A DNA stretch of 64,000 nucleotides from Amoebophrya sp. A120 (taxonomy: Eukaryota > Protista > Dinoflagellata): NCBI GenBank assembly GCA_905178155.1, contig CAJINV010000002.1, positions 11,844,591 through 11,908,590 of the forward strand, given 5' to 3'. The notes under the pieces were generated by a model that saw only the letters and a list, made by a program, of their open reading frames with translations, had not been told where the DNA came from and ran no database searches. How positions within the stretch are numbered: the stretch's first letter is position 1; the number at the start of each line of letters is the position of its first letter. Shown here piece after piece: positions 11,404-24,294 of this stretch. The position numbers were made by a program, and so were the translations under genes.

Positions 11404-13418
11404 ATGTCGCTGGTAGTGCACCGAGATCACGATGTCTATCCACCACACGACGTGGTTGGCGACGATACTTTTTTCGAAGACCACTTCAACGAGGCCGACT
11501 GCTCCGAGGTGGTTTTGTTGGACTCGGTTCCCAGCGGTCAGCAGCGCCGACTCCCGGGGGTTTATTTTTCGCGAAAAAGAAACGCATTCGTCACCAACTA
11601 CGAAGATCCGGAATCGGGACTGCTCACTAGCGTTAGTTTCCCCGTGGATGGGCCGCGGAGCGGACACTTCCTTCCACCTAGTAACAGCACGACTCTAATA
11701 TTAAAAGACCGGGACCAAACGGAGGATCATCGGCCCGGCATTGATGCTGCACATGGTGCACAAACGAGGCTGATGAACCAGCAAAAGCCTGTCGAGGGCG
11801 ATCTTCCCCGCGCGCGGTTCGCGGCGGCGCTGGCTTCCGCGCATGAGAAGGCGCACGAGTTTCGCGTTTCGGCCTTTCTGGAGAATCGCGCGGCGGCCCT
11901 GAACAACAGCGGGAAAGTATCCTGAGTAAAAACGTACCCACACCAGAGTCGGGATGGGGATTTTGCAACACAAACCTAGGAGTTTTGTGAGTCACGCATG
12001 ACAAGTTTCAGTCCGTAAGGTAGTGCAAGTTAGCAAGGAAAGCCGCATCACAAATCGATCTGCTGATCCTGTTTACAGCATTACAAGTTCCCAAACACGA
12101 TTGAAAATGCCTGTCATGGGGTTGCGCATCACAAATGTTCCTGTCATGGCAAATCCGCATGACAACGCTGGTGTGGGTACGTTTTTACTCAGGATAGAAA
12201 GACTACGAGCGGCAGAAGATTTCGCAGATCTACAAGGAAATCCGCGCCAAGCAGGCGGACCAGCTGGAGACGCGGTTGAAGAGCACGCATCTGGGAACTT
12301 TTTTCCCGAGCGCGACCGTGAGCACCGGATTTCGGGGTCTGGACGACAAGATGGCGGCCACGGGGCGTACGTTCTTCAGCGAACAGTCGGCGGCGACGAA
12401 GGGAACCTCCAGGGACGACCCCGCGAATGCCGCCCTGCAGGCGAAACGGGACCAGGAGGAGCGGCGAAAAAGGCAGGCCGTGCACGTTTCCATTCCGGCC
12501 GAGTCGGTCCTGCCTTACAACTTCAACAGCATGAACAGCTTCTACCAGGTCTCCAGCAGCGTCACCAGTACCTCGCCCTCGCAGGCAAGGGGACCAGCTT
12601 CCACACACGCGCACGACCTGCAGGAAATGAATACAACGACCACGACGACCCGAGGGGTGGCGGCGGAGGAGGAGAAGCACGGAGGCTCGCCGGCCACCGG
12701 CAGAACGAACCCCGGAATGATGACCGGAAGTGAAAATAGTACCGCGAGAACAAGTAATTTGATGGTGTTTCCTCCGGGAGGGGGCGACCAGCACCCGCTG
12801 TCGCCGGGCGGCGTGTCGACGGCGGCGCCAACGTCTCCAGTCGACTCGCCGCTGCCAAACGACGAGGACTGGGCAGCGGAGGTGATGACCCAGTCGCCGG
12901 TGGTGCAAATGCGCGAAACGCAAAAGCAGCTGTCGGAATTGCGGGCACAAGAGCGGAAATTTCGGCTGCTGGATGAGGAAGCCCGGCTTGCCGCGGAGCG
13001 GGCAGCTGCTGCGAAAAAGGAGGCCATGAGTCGAAGGTTGTTTGACGAACAAAACGACAGCGACTTTGACGAGGAAGAGCAAAGGAAGAAGATCGCCGAA
13101 CAACGAAAGCGCAGCGCAAACGCGCGCCAGATCCCGATGGTGCCGTCGACGCCGGAGAATAAAAAAGAAGACGAGCAGCTCGACGATGCGGTTACGCCGG
13201 GGCAGGAGCCGCAAAAGGAGTATTCCAAGTACGAAATGCGCCCCGTGCGGCCACTGCTGCTCGGCAGCAGCGGCGGGAACAGTAAGCAGAAGGCCTTGAC
13301 GCCCATATTGAAGGAAAAGATTCAGATCGGGCAACCGATAGTTTCCGGCGCGCAAGGTAGCAGCAGAACGGGCGGAAACAAAAAAGTTGTAGGAAGACTC
13401 ATCGACGCTATCAAATAG
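11404..13418 (+). CDS. AP2 (ApiAP2-like) domain protein, interrupted by introner A1
   Basis: LPGVYFSRKRNAFVTNY..SVSFPV plus helix ARFAAALASAHEKAHEFR resembles an AP2 domain. Removing 284 nt joins ORF 11404-11925 to ORF 12276-13418 in frame (NNSGK-DYERQK). Confidence 0.7.
11918..12196 (-). mobile_element. Introner family A, copy A1 (279 bp; strand is a relative label, opposite to A2/A3)
   Basis: Perfect 29-bp TIR TATCCTGAGTAAAAACGTACCCACACCAG; TSD GAAAG at 11913-11917 and 12197-12201. Confidence 0.95.
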
Positions 13419-14563
13419 CAACAAGGTTTTCATGCACATGCGGAACACGGACATACACATAGGGTGGCCCGCTGAAAAAGAGAGTAAACTGGTATCACTT
13501 CATCAGGGTCTTCTAGCCTGACCTTCTGAGCAAGTCAATGTACCCCATTTGCAAATGTTATCTTCAATTTTGAATTGTGTTTGAAACGTAACAAATAGCA
13601 ATTAGCTTCGTTTACTTCTGCACATTTTGTTTTTGCGAAGTATTATACCCGAAATCAAGCGTTTTTCTCCCCGCAATCGCACCGTCCCGCAATTGGTACC
13701 CCCAGTGCATGAGGTGGACTGGTGTTTCTGACTACATCCCCGCAGTGAATTTGCGATCTATCATGGTTCACGAACAAACAAATTTTATTTTCAAAGTTTA
13801 CATTTTTTTATTCATTGTGAGACGGCAGACGAGGGGAGGGTGCTTATGCATATGACCTTTCTGCTTCCCGACTGAGAAGCGCGTCTGTTTTGGAGCAAAG
13901 AAAAGATCCGACTTGTTCGCTAAACCTGCGCATGCAGCAAGCTGCGGTGGCGTAATAGTACTAGGTACTGCCATCAAGATGTAAATGATCCTGTTTTGCA
14001 CTCTTTTGCAGATCTGGAAGGATGAAAATTTCTTGGAGTCAGTCAGGCCAAATTCAAGTTGACACTTCGTGAGGTCACACACTGTAGATCTCGCTTATGG
14101 TCATATCAAGATACCACAGATCATCCTTTCATCGAATCCAGATCAAATACTGAACTTTCATGTTCCTCTATGTCAATTTTTTCATGCAATGACGAAGTTC
14201 TTCGACTTCGTCTTCCCGTACGACGGCTCTCAAAAACTTTTCAAAAATGAATCATTTTTCGACTTATTCCAACAGTGCAGGTCTCACAGACCGGAGATGC
14301 ATATACAGATACAGAAGTGTCAATTGTGACGTTTTACGATACTAGATCTTGGGTTTCACACATCTGAATTCGATTTGTCGTAGTGGTCACTGTTTCCTTG
14401 TTTGTAGACGGCAGAAATAGCAGGAGCTTTAAATGTACACTACGTTCGACACCTACTTTGAAGCTTTCGTATTGAATTTGTGTACAACTTCGTGCGAAAA
14501 ATATTAATATTTCATCAGCAACACTGCAGCCTTCGCAGCTACGCATTCAGCAGAAAGAACAAA

Positions 14564-17500
14564 ATGGGAGGTGATTCGAAGTACGATTTGACGCCAAAAT
14601 TGGCGCAGTTTTTGGATTCGCATTTGCTGCTGATCGTGATGAATGGTCTGGAGAAAAAGGAAGTGTACCCCGCGGAAGTAATCAAGCCGGAAATCATCGA
14701 GGTGCTGAGAAGCCGAACGGACCTGGTGTCCATCCTGCAGGACAAGGATCCGAACAACAATTATAATGACGAGCTCCGGGCTAGTGCGGACAAAGTGGAG
14801 GCGCAGAAACGAGAGCTGGCACCTCTGCTCTCGAAGTTGGAGAGCAAGGGCATCGGCGCCGTGGAGAACCCCGAAACGGGAGAGCTGCAATCGGCCGACA
14901 GCTCAAGTAATTTTATCTGGAAATGTTTTGTAAAAAATAAAAATTGGCAAAGAGGACCCATAATTCCACTCTTGCACATGTCCATAGCATGCAAGAAAAC
15001 GAGAAAGCAGAAATACACTGATGTTCTCATGTAGAGAATGAGCGCTAGTAGCTGGAGCAGCGCAGCGCAGCGAAGTCATTTTTGCCGTGCAATCCACCCC
15101 ATTCGTTGATGCAAAAGCAAAAAACAACTGCTTAACCACTGCACCTCAGGTTCATCCAGCCTTCACGAGCAGCTGATGAATGTGAATGGATTCCAGGGCC
15201 TTGCGGATTTGGGCTTGTCCAAAGACCATCTGGATGGTTACTACACTTGGTGTCTGTCCCTCTACAACATCGGGCTCTACGACCAGTCCATCGAAAACCT
15301 GGCTGTGTACGAAAAATTGTATACCAAGGTGATGGCCAAGGAGCTGGAAATCCTCCAGGCCCAACTGCCCCCGGGTGACCCAGTCTACGTGCAGGAAAAG
15401 AAAAACTTCAACGCAAGGTTGCTCAGCGTCAAGTGGGGCATGCTCGCGGGCTACATCGCAACTGAGTGCAAGGACGCGGAAGCAGCCGCACAGGTACTCT
15501 CTCGAGGCACAGTTTTTTGCTCAAACAGTGCCTGGTCTCACGATTACTGACTTGTCGTTCTTACTTGTCCCTTCGATACTTCAACTTTTTGGGATACAAG
15601 TTTTCATCGCGTTGCATTGGTACTCATCTTTGACGGTGAGTGTCGCATTTGCAAAATTTGTACTTAATTTTTACATCGCCGCACACAGATTCTCGCCTTG
15701 GATGAATTTTTGGAGGAGCCGGGAAGCGGTCTTAGCAAGAAGGCCATCCTGATTCAGCGAACGTGGCTGCAGCACTGGATGCTCTTTGTCTTGTTCCGAG
15801 ATGGCGACTTGGAATCTGCGCACAGCCAGATTCAGCGGGTCATGGAACTTTTCTTGTCCGAGAAATACCTCGCGCTGATCAGGTATGTTCCACCTCCCGT
15901 AATTTTTTCTTGTTCATGTAAGGTAGAGATTCCCCACTCCAATGCCTGAGTCAACAAGATTGTGTCTGTGTCACAGATTGATTCCCTTTCCGCTTGATGC
16001 AAGTGATGTAGCTAAAGGAAACCTCCCTACAACAAAAAACCAGCTTGATGTGCCCACACATGCTGCGATACGCCGCCGCGGTGTTCTTGTTGAACAAGAA
16101 GCTTAAGCCGATGTTGAAGGACCTGATTCACGTGCTGAACCAGGACAAACAGAACTACGCCGATCCGCTCACCGAATTCCTCCTATCCTGAGTAAAAGCG
16201 TCCCCACACCAGAGTTGTCATGCAAATGTGCAATGACAGGAACGTTTGTAATGCGCAGCTCCGCGAGAGAAATTTCCAATCGTGTTTTGCAATTTGTAAT
16301 GCTGTAAACAGGATGTGAAAATGGCTTTCTCATGTGGCTTCTCTTGCCAATCAGCACTACACTGCAGAGGGAAACTTGTGATGCACAGCTCCCAAAGCTT
16401 GGAGATTTGTGTTGCTAGATTGCCAACTTGCCTATGGGGTGGGGACGTTGTTACTTAGGATACCTCCTCGCCCTGCATCAAGACTTGGACTTCGAGACGG
16501 CGAAGAAGAAGCTCGACGAGCTCCAAATTGCTTGCAACAACGACTTATCAAATGTAAAAATGTCTGGGTCTGGAGACTTGTAATGCTGGGTGGCGTCTCA
16601 TGATGAGGCTACAAATGCTGGCTCAGCATGACAAGTTTCTGAGCTCCTAGGTGTTGCCTATTCTGCATGACAAACTGCGCTTCTGCATCACAGAAAAGCG
16701 TAGCTCTTGGGTAACGTGCAGGACAGATTTAAGAGTCGTGCCAGACAAGCATGACAAACATGAATTCTTCCAGACCCAGACATTTTTAAACTTGATGCGA
16801 CTACTTCTTGTGGGGCGATAACCTCACCGTCATTCTTGCCAACGCCAGGCTCGCGATTTTCTCCATCTACTGCAGGTAAGAGCACCCGCACTTTTTTCTG
16901 GGAACAAATTCTTGACGTCGCTTGCATTTGAGACCATGTAGTACAAGAGAAGAAGCGGCTTTATTTGCTGAATCCTTTCATTGATGTTCTCCTTCTCGCT
17001 TTATCAGCAGATGCACAAGGATAGTTTGCGTGCCGATGCCTGGTGCCCCTTGAATGAGTGGATAAGCAAAATACACACGCAGCAACATGTTGCACCAAAA
17101 ACAATATCAGGATCCATCAATCTGTGGATATCTCAACGATTGCGGACAAAATGAGCATGCCAGCAGAGATGGCGGAGCAGTGGATCGTCGAACTGATTCA
17201 GACAGGAAAGCTCTCCGGTGCCTGCATTGACAGCGACGCAAACGTACGATGTTTTTGTGTTTCAATACATGTTTGGTTTTGTTGTACAACTCAGTAGAGT
17301 ATACAATGAAGAGGTGGACATATTCGTTCTGATGGGGCGGCGGTATCAAGAAAGATCGGATTTTGATATTTTCTTATCTGAAATAAAACAGGGCACAAGC
17401 AGTGTGTTTTTTCCGAAAGAGGAGACGGAAATCTACCAGCAAGTTTTGGAGAAGACGCAGAATATGGCTTTCCGCCTGCGCTTGCTGCAGGTAAATGCAG

Positions 17501-17574
17501 AAGGTATCAAAGACAAGAACGCCCTGAAGAAAGTCACCCAAGTTTCTGGAAAGCTCGCTGCGCACCTGGGCTAA
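14564..17574 (+). CDS. EIF3E: Translation initiation factor 3 subunit E (Int6), multi-exon
   Basis: KYDLTPKLAQFLDSHL; QRTWLQHWMLFVLF; CPHMLRY; YADPLTEFLLALHQDLDFETAKKKL; NDYFL..NARLAIFSIYCRIHQSVDI; AEQWIVELI; IYQQVLEKT. Five GT-AG introns plus two introners. Confidence 0.93.
16184..16462 (+). mobile_element. Introner family A, copy A2 (279 bp, more diverged)
   Basis: Runs tatcctgagtaaaagcgtccccacacc ... ggggtggggacgttgttacttaggata; TSD CCTCC at 16179-16183 and 16463-16467. Confidence 0.92.
16546..16797 (+). mobile_element. Introner family B, copy B1 (252 bp)
   Basis: Runs tatcaaatgtaaaaatgtctgggtctgga ... tccagacccagacatttttaaacttgatg; TSD CGACT at 16541-16545 and 16798-16802. Confidence 0.92.
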
Positions 17575-18460
17575 GTTCCGGTCGTTTGATGTCAGGGAAA
17601 TCTTGTTGACATCATGTCCTGCTGTTTTCACATTCCTAACATCTCCCGAATTTGTACGAGCTACTTGATTTCACCGTCATTTTGAAATCTTTCTGCAAAA
17701 ATGATAAAACTACGCTAGCGTGAAATGGAAATGAATTCACACTGCCTCGCATCTCGCACCGAGATCGACAGGTTAACGAACATTTGGATATTCTATTCAA
17801 ACTCAGCATGGACGATAAGATAAAACTACGCAACATGGTTGGATGGAACGGGTTTTGTAAGAAAGGGACAGTTTCAGCTCCTGTCCCCGTTGCCAGATTC
17901 GTTGTTACCACTGAGTTCCCCTTCGCGCGTCTTCCAAGATCATGAGAGGATCAGGATGTTTCGCAAGCCTGGCGGCATCCGAAAAGTGACAGTGCTTCTT
18001 TCTCGTAGGTCGATTGTTTGATGTAAGTACCTCGATTGTCGCCGCCGTGAGTGGATCCGAGCTTCGTGTCAAAGCGTCTAGCGGTAGTTCGAGTTCGAGA
18101 TGACGCAAATTCGAGGTGTTTGCGTGCAATTCGCGAATCCGAGTTTTACCTTTCCTCGATGAGTGAATTTGGCTGTCGCTGCTGGTAAGATGCTAAGCAA
18201 ATTGAGTGCATAATCACCAAATCATCCCAATCAGCAGGCGTACCTACACGCTTTTTTTGTTGTAGAGCGGGCAGGGAGGTGGAAGCAGCTGCAGGCGCAG
18301 CAGCGGTGGTGTAGTAATCACGACAGGTGGTAGTAGCTGTAAGCAGGAGGGTCGGTGCCAGGTCGACGGCATTCCAGTACTTTGAAAGCACTCAATAGCA
18401 CCGCGGTGCAACGTCGCTCCTGTAGCTGTCAATAGAAGCATTGAATCAGCTGCTACATCA

Positions 18461-21400
18461 ATGGCAACCTCGGCAGCCTCCTCCACCGGGCCGCCGGCGC
18501 TCGCGAACAGCGCCTGGAGCAAAGCGCGAAACCGGTTGGGGCTGCAGCAGATGCACATCCCCACCACGACGGGGACCACCGGCAGCGGGGCTCCCGCCGC
18601 AGCCTTCCCCTCAAGCTCCTCTACTACCTCGTCAAGCAACCCGGCCGCTACCCGTCATCCGCTCACGTCGTCGAAGAACCGGAACTTGACGACAACGGGG
18701 GCCCACATCGACAAGGCTGGCGGAAGTTCGTGGGACGATTTTTTGTACGAGCGGACGCTGGTGTGTTTGAACCAGGAGATCTGTTCGATCGCGATCTCAC
18801 CCTGCCACGAGTTCTTCGTGGTGGGCAACGGGAGCGGTGACGTCAAGGTGTACGATTTCGAGTCCTACGCAGAAACGCACACTGTGAAAACGAACAACAG
18901 CAGTTTCTTCCCCCCGAAACAGCTCACCTTCACCACGAAACCAGGGACCGGCGCGAACAAAACGCCAGTCTCGGAATTTCTCATCGTGCTCTCGGGCGAC
19001 GGGATTCGAGTGTTCTCCGTGAAAGAGGATTTCGGCTTCGTCAAGTGGATCGTGCCGCCCTTGACTAAAATGCTCGACAGCGACCTTGCGCAGCAAAAAC
19101 AGGAGGAAGACAAGTTGCAGATGGTGAATCTTCTGAAACTATCACGTGCATATAAAAAGTGTCGCTGCGTCTGGTCAAGTGCGGACGTTTGTCAACATGC
19201 AAAGGCGCGCGAAGTGTCTCACGCATGGCACAGCTTTTATGTATGTTCCCGTGTGGTGCACGTTCTCGTGGCGACCTCCTTTGCATGGCTGCAATAATAT
19301 TAACAGAGCGATGGGCGCACGTTGGCTCTTCTTGGTGAACGTTTCGCAAATGAATCTAATGAAGTCGCAATCGTTCATGTTGTGTAAAAGAAGAAGAACC
19401 CACTTCATCTCCTGAGTCCGCGGAGGGTAGTACTAGCTGCTCCATGTCATCACTCTATCGTTCGAGCAGCTCATGCATGGTAAATGCAGCTTTGCATCTC
19501 CTAGGTTCATCTCACATCAAGGCCAACACATCGACATTTTTGCAAGCGATAGAAGCAAAATCGCCCTCAAACCGGCGGCTTCGAGGCGACGTCGCGCCGC
19601 CACGTGCTCAACGCGCAAAACGGAAGACCCAGTAGCAAAGAAGCGAATGCCGATGGTATTGGTCGGGCAAAGTTCTTGCTCTTTTCTATTTTTTGTTATT
19701 TCATCCTGGCACCTCGAAGAAAAGATGAAGTTGAAGATGTGGGGCACAACTTGTGTGCTCCTCTCGTACTACTGTGTCCGGGCTATCTGAGATTCTTTTT
19801 CGTAACACGACAGTTGATTTATCGGAACGCAGTCGCTGGCAGTGCGTAGCTTTTCATCGAGGCAGCGCAGCGGCGACAAACGCGCCTGGTACCAGTGGCA
19901 CCCGAGGAACAAACGTCGCTGCCGCGCCGCACAATACGGATTGCATTGTGGCGTGTGCCGACATGGCGCTGGTGGTGTACAGCACGAAGGACTGGGGCGG
20001 GGCCAAGTGCACCCCGAAAATTTTGCGGTCCGTGATGTCCTGGGGGGCGCCCACCGCGTGCGCCTACTCGCCTTCGGGGAACCGGGTCCTGGTGGGGCAC
20101 GCGAGCGGGAGTATCAGCATCTGGCACGCGCAGACGTTCGCGATGGAAAAGATGCTCTCCGGCCACCACGGGGCCATCACGGCGTTTGAGTTTTACACGG
20201 ACTTGATTCTGGAGGAGCTGGAGGTGTCCGACCCCGAGGAGGATCATCAGCATTCTTCTGGCTTCGCATCCCGGTCGAACACGGAGTCGGAAGCCGAAAG
20301 CAACCCAAACTCCCGGTCGCCGTCCAAGCAGGGCAGACGTAGCCGGCTGGCGAGCCGAGCGGGAGCGGTGGACTTGGGGGACGGGGCCTCGTCCGCAGGT
20401 GCGCTCGTGAAGTCCAACGGCCTCGCGTCGACCAGGGGTGGCGGCAACCAGCCGATCGACAAGATCTCGGCGTCGCGAAACGGTACTAGAGGCGGTTCAC
20501 TTATGCAAAACGGGAGCAACGGTACCCACCCGAGGTGGCATCGGCGGCCGAGGGTGGTGCTGGTCAGTACCAGTAAGGACAACAGTTTGCGGCTCTGGGC
20601 GGACTTCACACAGGAAGACCCGAGTGGATGGCAGCTGCTCAGCAAGATCGCGCTCGAGCCCGGCGTGCACAGCCCCAAATTGAGCCGGGACTGCCTCTGG
20701 TGTCTCTGCGTGAGCCCACGGCTGCTCATTTGGAAAGTGACTACGTTGCGGCAAGCGGTCTTCCGCCACAATCACAACAGTGGCACGACGACCTCCTCTA
20801 TCAAATGTAAAAATGTCTGGGTCTGGAAGAATGCAACTTGTGATGCTGAATTTGGATTCCAAAAAAATCTGTATTGCATGAGCAGCAAAGGGGGTGCTAT
20901 TTTTGCTACGCGGAGAGGGCATTTGTCATGCGGAAAAGGCATCGCGAAGCCCCCAAAAAATCTGTGATGCTAAGGCATGCATCACAGACATCATGGGTCA
21001 GGGAAAATATGCATGACAAGTCTCAGAATCTTCCAGACCCAGACATTTTTACATTTGATATCCTCCCAGCAGCATTCTGCCGGGAGTGCGATCGCGAACG
21101 CGGTGACGGCGGTCCTGGGGCCGGCTTATGCGTCCAACAACAGCAGTCCGCTGAAGACGCGCGCGAACCGGGGCTTGCAACCGCATGCGGCAAGTGCTGG
21201 CTCTTTGGACCACCAGAACCTCAACCCGCAGGCAGCCGCGACAAAGCATTGGCAGCAGACGTGGGAGCACAACGTGATCTTCGAGCCGTTCCAGAGGCTA
21301 AAGGCCACCGGAATGGACGCCGTCAACGTCGCGGCCTTCTCGCCAGACGAGAACGGCTGCCGGGTCATCGTGGGGTCCAACGACGGTGTGCTCGGGGTGT

Positions 21401-24294
21401 TCGTCCGGAAGAGGCAGCTGCTGCTCGAGTATGCGCGCGACTACGAGTGCGAGTCCTACCAGATCAAGCGCCAACTGCAGGAGGTGGTGCGGTGCCTCAT
21501 CCAGGAATCCGAGTCGGCGCAGAAGACCGATTTCGATTTCGAAAGCAAGAAAATTCTCAGCGGCGAATCCTCCCTCTACACAGACACTGCGCCGAAGTTT
21601 GCGTCTTCAGTTGTTACACCTTCTGCCGCCGGTGCCGGTGCCGATGTCGAGCAAGGGGGAAGAAAGGGCGGCGCAGGGAACAGAAACACGACTACGAATT
21701 CGAATGGTGCCGTTGTCAGCAAAGCCAGCTCGCCCTCAAAGACGGGCCAGGACGCAGAGCAGCAGGCGCGCGAGTTCCTGTCCAATCAGCCGCGCTGGAA
21801 GGACACGCACAACGCGATTCTCACGGCAAGCTCTTGTCTGCAGCTGATCGACGACATCTACACGGAGCTGCAGAAGAAAGACGAGGAGCGCAAGCGGGAG
21901 CAGCTTGAGCTGGAGAAGAAGCGAAAGAAGAAGCAAGAGGCGGAGGCCAACAACACGCCTTTTGGCGAACGGCTGCGCAATGCCAACGACCTGGCCAACG
22001 CGCTGAGCGGCAGCCCGCGCACGCTGTTCAAAAACGTGGTGGTCACACAGAAATGCAGAGCCGCTATGGAGAGCCAGACCGCAAACGCGGGACAACATCA
22101 AGGTGCGGCGACCGCCGGGAACGTGCCGGCCGGAGCAGCTGAATTTGCATCCTCAGGGGAGCACGACCCCCACGGCGGGATGGGTGCAACTTCGGCGCCC
22201 ACGTACAGTTCGCGCCCGGGGTCGAAAACGGGTAAAATCCCGGACTTCATCCTAGACCACGAGTTCGCGAAGCAATGTAAATTCGGGATGGAGAAGATGA
22301 AGGAGGTGGGATTACCGTTTCTCCGCCAGCTGATCAAAGAGGCCGGGTGGACGGACTTGGACGCCGCGTCGGGCGGTCGCGGGAGTGGCGCCAACTCGGA
22401 CACCCAGCCGCAGTACATGTGGCACCCCGGAGGCTCCAAGCTGGTCGAGAGCAATCAGTACGACCACAAAACCTCCTCCTTCTCCGGGTCGTCCTCAAGA
22501 CCAACCGCGACACCCAGCGGAGCGGTAAATCAGTTTCAGCAGTCCTACCGCGTACTGCCGCCCTCCTCGTCCGACCCGTGGTTTGGCATTCCGGATACGA
22601 TCAAGAAAGAGGTCGAGGGCCGCGATCTGTTCCGTGATTTCTTCGTCAAGGCACTGCTGCTGTACGAGCGCGGCTTGCTCCAGAAAGAAGACAACGAGGA
22701 GGAGCAGGACACCTACTACTACGGGCGGCAGTTCCCGAACCGCATGCGCTTGATCTCAGACACGTGCTCTGGCGTGCTCGACAGTGGAGTGCCGCTGGTC
22801 GCCACGGTTGCGGTCGTGAGTTCACCGCACAAAAAGCACGCCGCGATGGGCGGTGACCCCGAGGTAGGTGGAACTAACGCGCCCGAAGGAGAGAGCGATC
22901 CCGCCCGGGCGGTCGATCCGCTGCAGAAACTCGTTGAGCGCATGACGAGTTCGAGGAAGAAGAGCAACTACGGAGTGTCAAGTGTATCTTCGACGCCGAC
23001 CGCCTTTCAACAGCAGCAGACCACGACCGGGACACCGGCCGCGCCACGGGGCGGGCCTGCGCACCCGCATCCGTTCCTGCGCACTAATTCCGGCACCCCC
23101 TTTTCCGGAACGATGGGCGGAACAAGAGGGGCGACGCGTAGTGTGGTCGGTGCTACCAGCACACCATTTGTGACGCCTCTTTCCGCAGCAAGCAGCGCGG
23201 AGAAAATGTTTCACGCGTCCCCGGGAAGGAGTGTGGCGAAGAAACATCATGATGAACAAGGTGGAGTCGAAGATGCTCTTGATAGCGAGGTGCGTTTCCA
23301 CTCTCCGCAGAAGTCGAACCGCAACAAATTTGGCCCGACGCACGACACGACGTCTTCACAGGGAAATAGTTTTGCGTCTGCCGCGGCAAATACAGCGGAC
23401 TTCGAGCAAGATCCTGTGTCTCGAAACATGTTCGAAACGCCGCAGCGTCAAATCATCGGGCACAGCAGTCGTCCTGGTTCCGGTTACTGGAGCGATCACA
23501 TGACGCACAGTGGCAGCAAATCCGGAACATCAAGCACCGCGATCATGGGAGGTACAGGAACCGGGACCGCCACAACCACGCCCGCCGCTTCGACGAATCG
23601 TCACGTCGCCACGTCCTCGGTAGCGCGCGCGACAGGTGCGGCTGTAGTGTTGGGAGGCTCGGCGGCTCGATCGTCTTCGCATTTCGCAACTCCAACGACG
23701 AATCCGGGCGGCGGAAGCAACTTCAACAGTGGTAGCATGACGAGCAACACCACAGCACACGATTTCTCGAGTTCCTCTGCCGGTGGTGCGGCGACGCAGG
23801 ACACCGCAGACTCGCGGCCCGTCAGCGTGCTTCGCGCATTGGAACTGCGACAACAGATCAGCCGGAGTGCCAGCAAGGCTAGTGCGGGCGGTACTTCTTC
23901 TGGAGCGTACGACGGGGGAGGTACAACGGCCACGAGTTCAGGAACGGTGTCGCTGTCGGACTACAGCGACGTCGAAGGCAGCATCAATGGTGTGGGTGGC
24001 ATGGCGACGCACGCACACCTCCGCAAGGGTTCCACGATGAGCAACACTACAGTCGGGGGCGCGACGAGTGGGTCCTCGTCGAGTGTTCTGTCCCGAACCA
24101 GTTCCGGCGGGATTGCAATGCTACAGCGAAGCCGGTCGGTTTCTAGCTTCTCTAATGCCAGTTCGGGATTTGTTCCGCCCACGGCAGGAGGGACGATGAA
24201 CGCCGGTGCAAATACCCGAACGATCGGTCACGTGACAGCGTCCGCATCGAGGACGAAGCTGATTGCAGTATCGGATCATGGGGGGTCCTTCTGA
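18461..24294 (+). CDS. WD40-repeat protein with long low-complexity C-terminus
   Basis: WD-like units ICSIAISPCHEFFVVGNGSGDVKVYD, ACAYSPSGNRVLVGHASGSISIWH, SGHHGAITAFEF..STSKDNSLRLW and VNVAAFSPD. In-frame exons 18461-19123, 19553-19655, 19814-20798 and 21066-24294. Confidence 0.85.
20799..21060 (-). mobile_element. Introner family B, copy B2 (262 bp; strand is a relative label, opposite to B1/B3)
   Basis: Perfect 32-bp TIR TATCAAATGTAAAAATGTCTGGGTCTGGAAGA; TSD TCCTC at 20794-20798 and 21061-21065. Confidence 0.95.

Noticed and set aside
12189-13460. Long antisense ORFs (also 26511-27848, 29731-30519, 32169-32654)
   Set aside because: Shadow ORFs of GC-rich sense exons with no recognisable motifs.
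13680-13780. U1 snRNA-like fragment (cctcatgcactgggg on the minus strand)
   Set aside because: No 5' ATACTTACC and no convincing remaining U1 structure.
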